From positions 1-26,421 of IMG/VR virus record IMGVR_UViG_3300017912_000153: 26,421 nucleotides of DNA; one strand, 5' to 3'. A program made the translations under genes and the position numbers. Below are positions 25,442 to 26,421 of the stretch, piece by piece. Numbering within the stretch: the stretch's first letter is position 1; the number at the start of each line of letters is the position of its first letter. The notes below the pieces were generated by a model. The model worked only from the letters and a program-made list of their open reading frames with translations. It did no database searches and was not told where the DNA came from. The stretch is from a virus (Duplodnaviria; Caudoviricetes).

Positions 25442-26380
25442 ATGGCATTAAACATTAACGGCACTACTGGTATTTCTGGAGTTGACGGATCAGCTTCCGC
25501 ACCAGCATTACAGGGAACAGATAGCAATACAGGAATAAACTTTGCATCTGATACTGTAAATATAAATACAGGTGGATCGACAAGAGCAACGATTGAAAGT
25601 AATGGTCGTTTAGGAATAGGTACTACATCACCAGCTTGCGATTTACACGTTTCAGCAGCAAACCCTAGAGCAAGATTTACAAGTACAGGAAATACAGTTA
25701 ATTACGATATTTTTATGGGTTCAACTACTGCAACAGTTGGAACTTCAAGTAATCACGATACTGTGTTTATGACAAATGATACAGAACGTATGCGTATTAA
25801 TAGTGCTGGCGATATTATGTGTGGATCAACTACGGTAGAAGTTGGAAGGGGTAATACAACTATTGGTGTTACTTTAAGACCAGAAGGTAGAGTCTATTAT
25901 AATAGCAATAGTTCATTTTCATCTTTTGGTAGAAATGCTGATGGTGCAGTTCTTGTTTTTACTAGGTCAGGTACAGATGTTGGGAATATTTCAGTAACCT
26001 CTAGTGCAACTAGCTATAATACAGGTTCAGATTATCGTCTAAAAGAAAATGTGGTTTCTATATCTGATGGAATAACAAGATTAAAAACACTAAAACCAAA
26101 AAGGTTTAATTTTATTGCTGATGCAGAAACAACAGTTGATGGATTTATTGCACATGAGGTGACAGCAGTACCAGAAGCCATAACAGGAGCAAAAGATGAA
26201 GTTGATTCTGATAACAACCCTGTTTATCAAGGAATAGATCAAAGTAAACTTGTACCTTTACTTACTGCTGCATTACAGGAAGCTGTTGCTAAAATTGAAG
26301 TATTGGAAACAGAAAATACACAGATGAAAACAGATTTAACAGCACTTACAGCAAGGGTAACTGCATTGGAGGCTGGATAA
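25442..26380 (+). CDS. Tail fibre/spike protein with C-terminal intramolecular chaperone (peptidase S74) domain
   Basis: GRLGIGTTSP and TERMRINSAG fibre motifs; SDYRLKENV, LKPKRFNF, GFIAHEV..VPEA, IDQSKLVPLLTAALQE followed by a coiled coil. Confidence 0.9.
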   Translation: MALNINGTTGISGVDGSASAPALQGTDSNTGINFASDTVNINTGGSTRATIESNGRLGIGTTSPACDLHVSAANPRARFTSTGNTVNYDIFMGSTTATVGTSSNHDTVFMTNDTERMRINSAGDIMCGSTTVEVGRGNTTIGVTLRPEGRVYYNSNSSFSSFGRNADGAVLVFTRSGTDVGNISVTSSATSYNTGSDYRLKENVVSISDGITRLKTLKPKRFNFIADAETTVDGFIAHEVTAVPEAITGAKDEVDSDNNPVYQGIDQSKLVPLLTAALQEAVAKIEVLETENTQMKTDLTALTARVTALEAG

Positions 26381-26421
26381 ATGACAGCAAAGATTAAACT
26401 AAACGCAGCATCAGGTGGTGG
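26381..26421 (+). CDS. Start of a further ORF (MTAKIKLNAASGG...), probably another fibre-like protein; 3'-truncated
   Basis: ATG directly follows the previous TAA, GGAGG upstream, frame open to the window end. Confidence 0.55.
   Translation, partial: MTAKIKLNAASGG

Noticed and set aside
568-26217. All minus-strand ORFs in the track (e.g. 7350-7706, 7869-8261, 10544-10870, 21838-22245)
   Set aside because: They lie antisense to well-supported + strand genes, have no recognisable motifs and look like shadow frames.

Overview
AT-rich fragment of a T7-like (Autographiviridae-type) marine podovirus genome with every credible gene on the + strand. Gene order resembles Prochlorococcus/Synechococcus podoviruses; the host is inferred, not shown. 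Order: partial NrdR-like zinc ribbon, tyrosine integrase, single-subunit RNA polymerase, SSB, endonuclease I, primase/helicase, 5'-3' exonuclease, three small pre-portal genes, portal, small ORF, scaffold, a cassette of four small basic ORFs, major capsid, terminator, Lys-rich micro-ORF, tail tubular A/B, gp13-gp16-like internal virion proteins, tail fibre, chaperone-bearing fibre and the start of a further fibre-like gene. Main points: (1) no DNA polymerase between helicase and exonuclease and no ribonucleotide reductase after it, consistent with the DNA-polymerase-lacking cyanopodovirus lineage; (2) a two-hairpin candidate antisense sRNA with overlapping back-to-back extended -10 boxes at the usual RNR position; (3) small basic proteins, including an apparently split DUF5872-like pair, where related phages carry psbA/hli; (4) an NrdR-like zinc ribbon lacking an ATP-cone; (5) a GH73 domain fused to gp15; (6) synonymously diversified 111-bp tail-fibre repeats. 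Three short ORFs missing from the ORF track (10348-10494, 10491-10643, 12332-12433) were translated by hand. Family assignments come from recalled motifs, not database searches.
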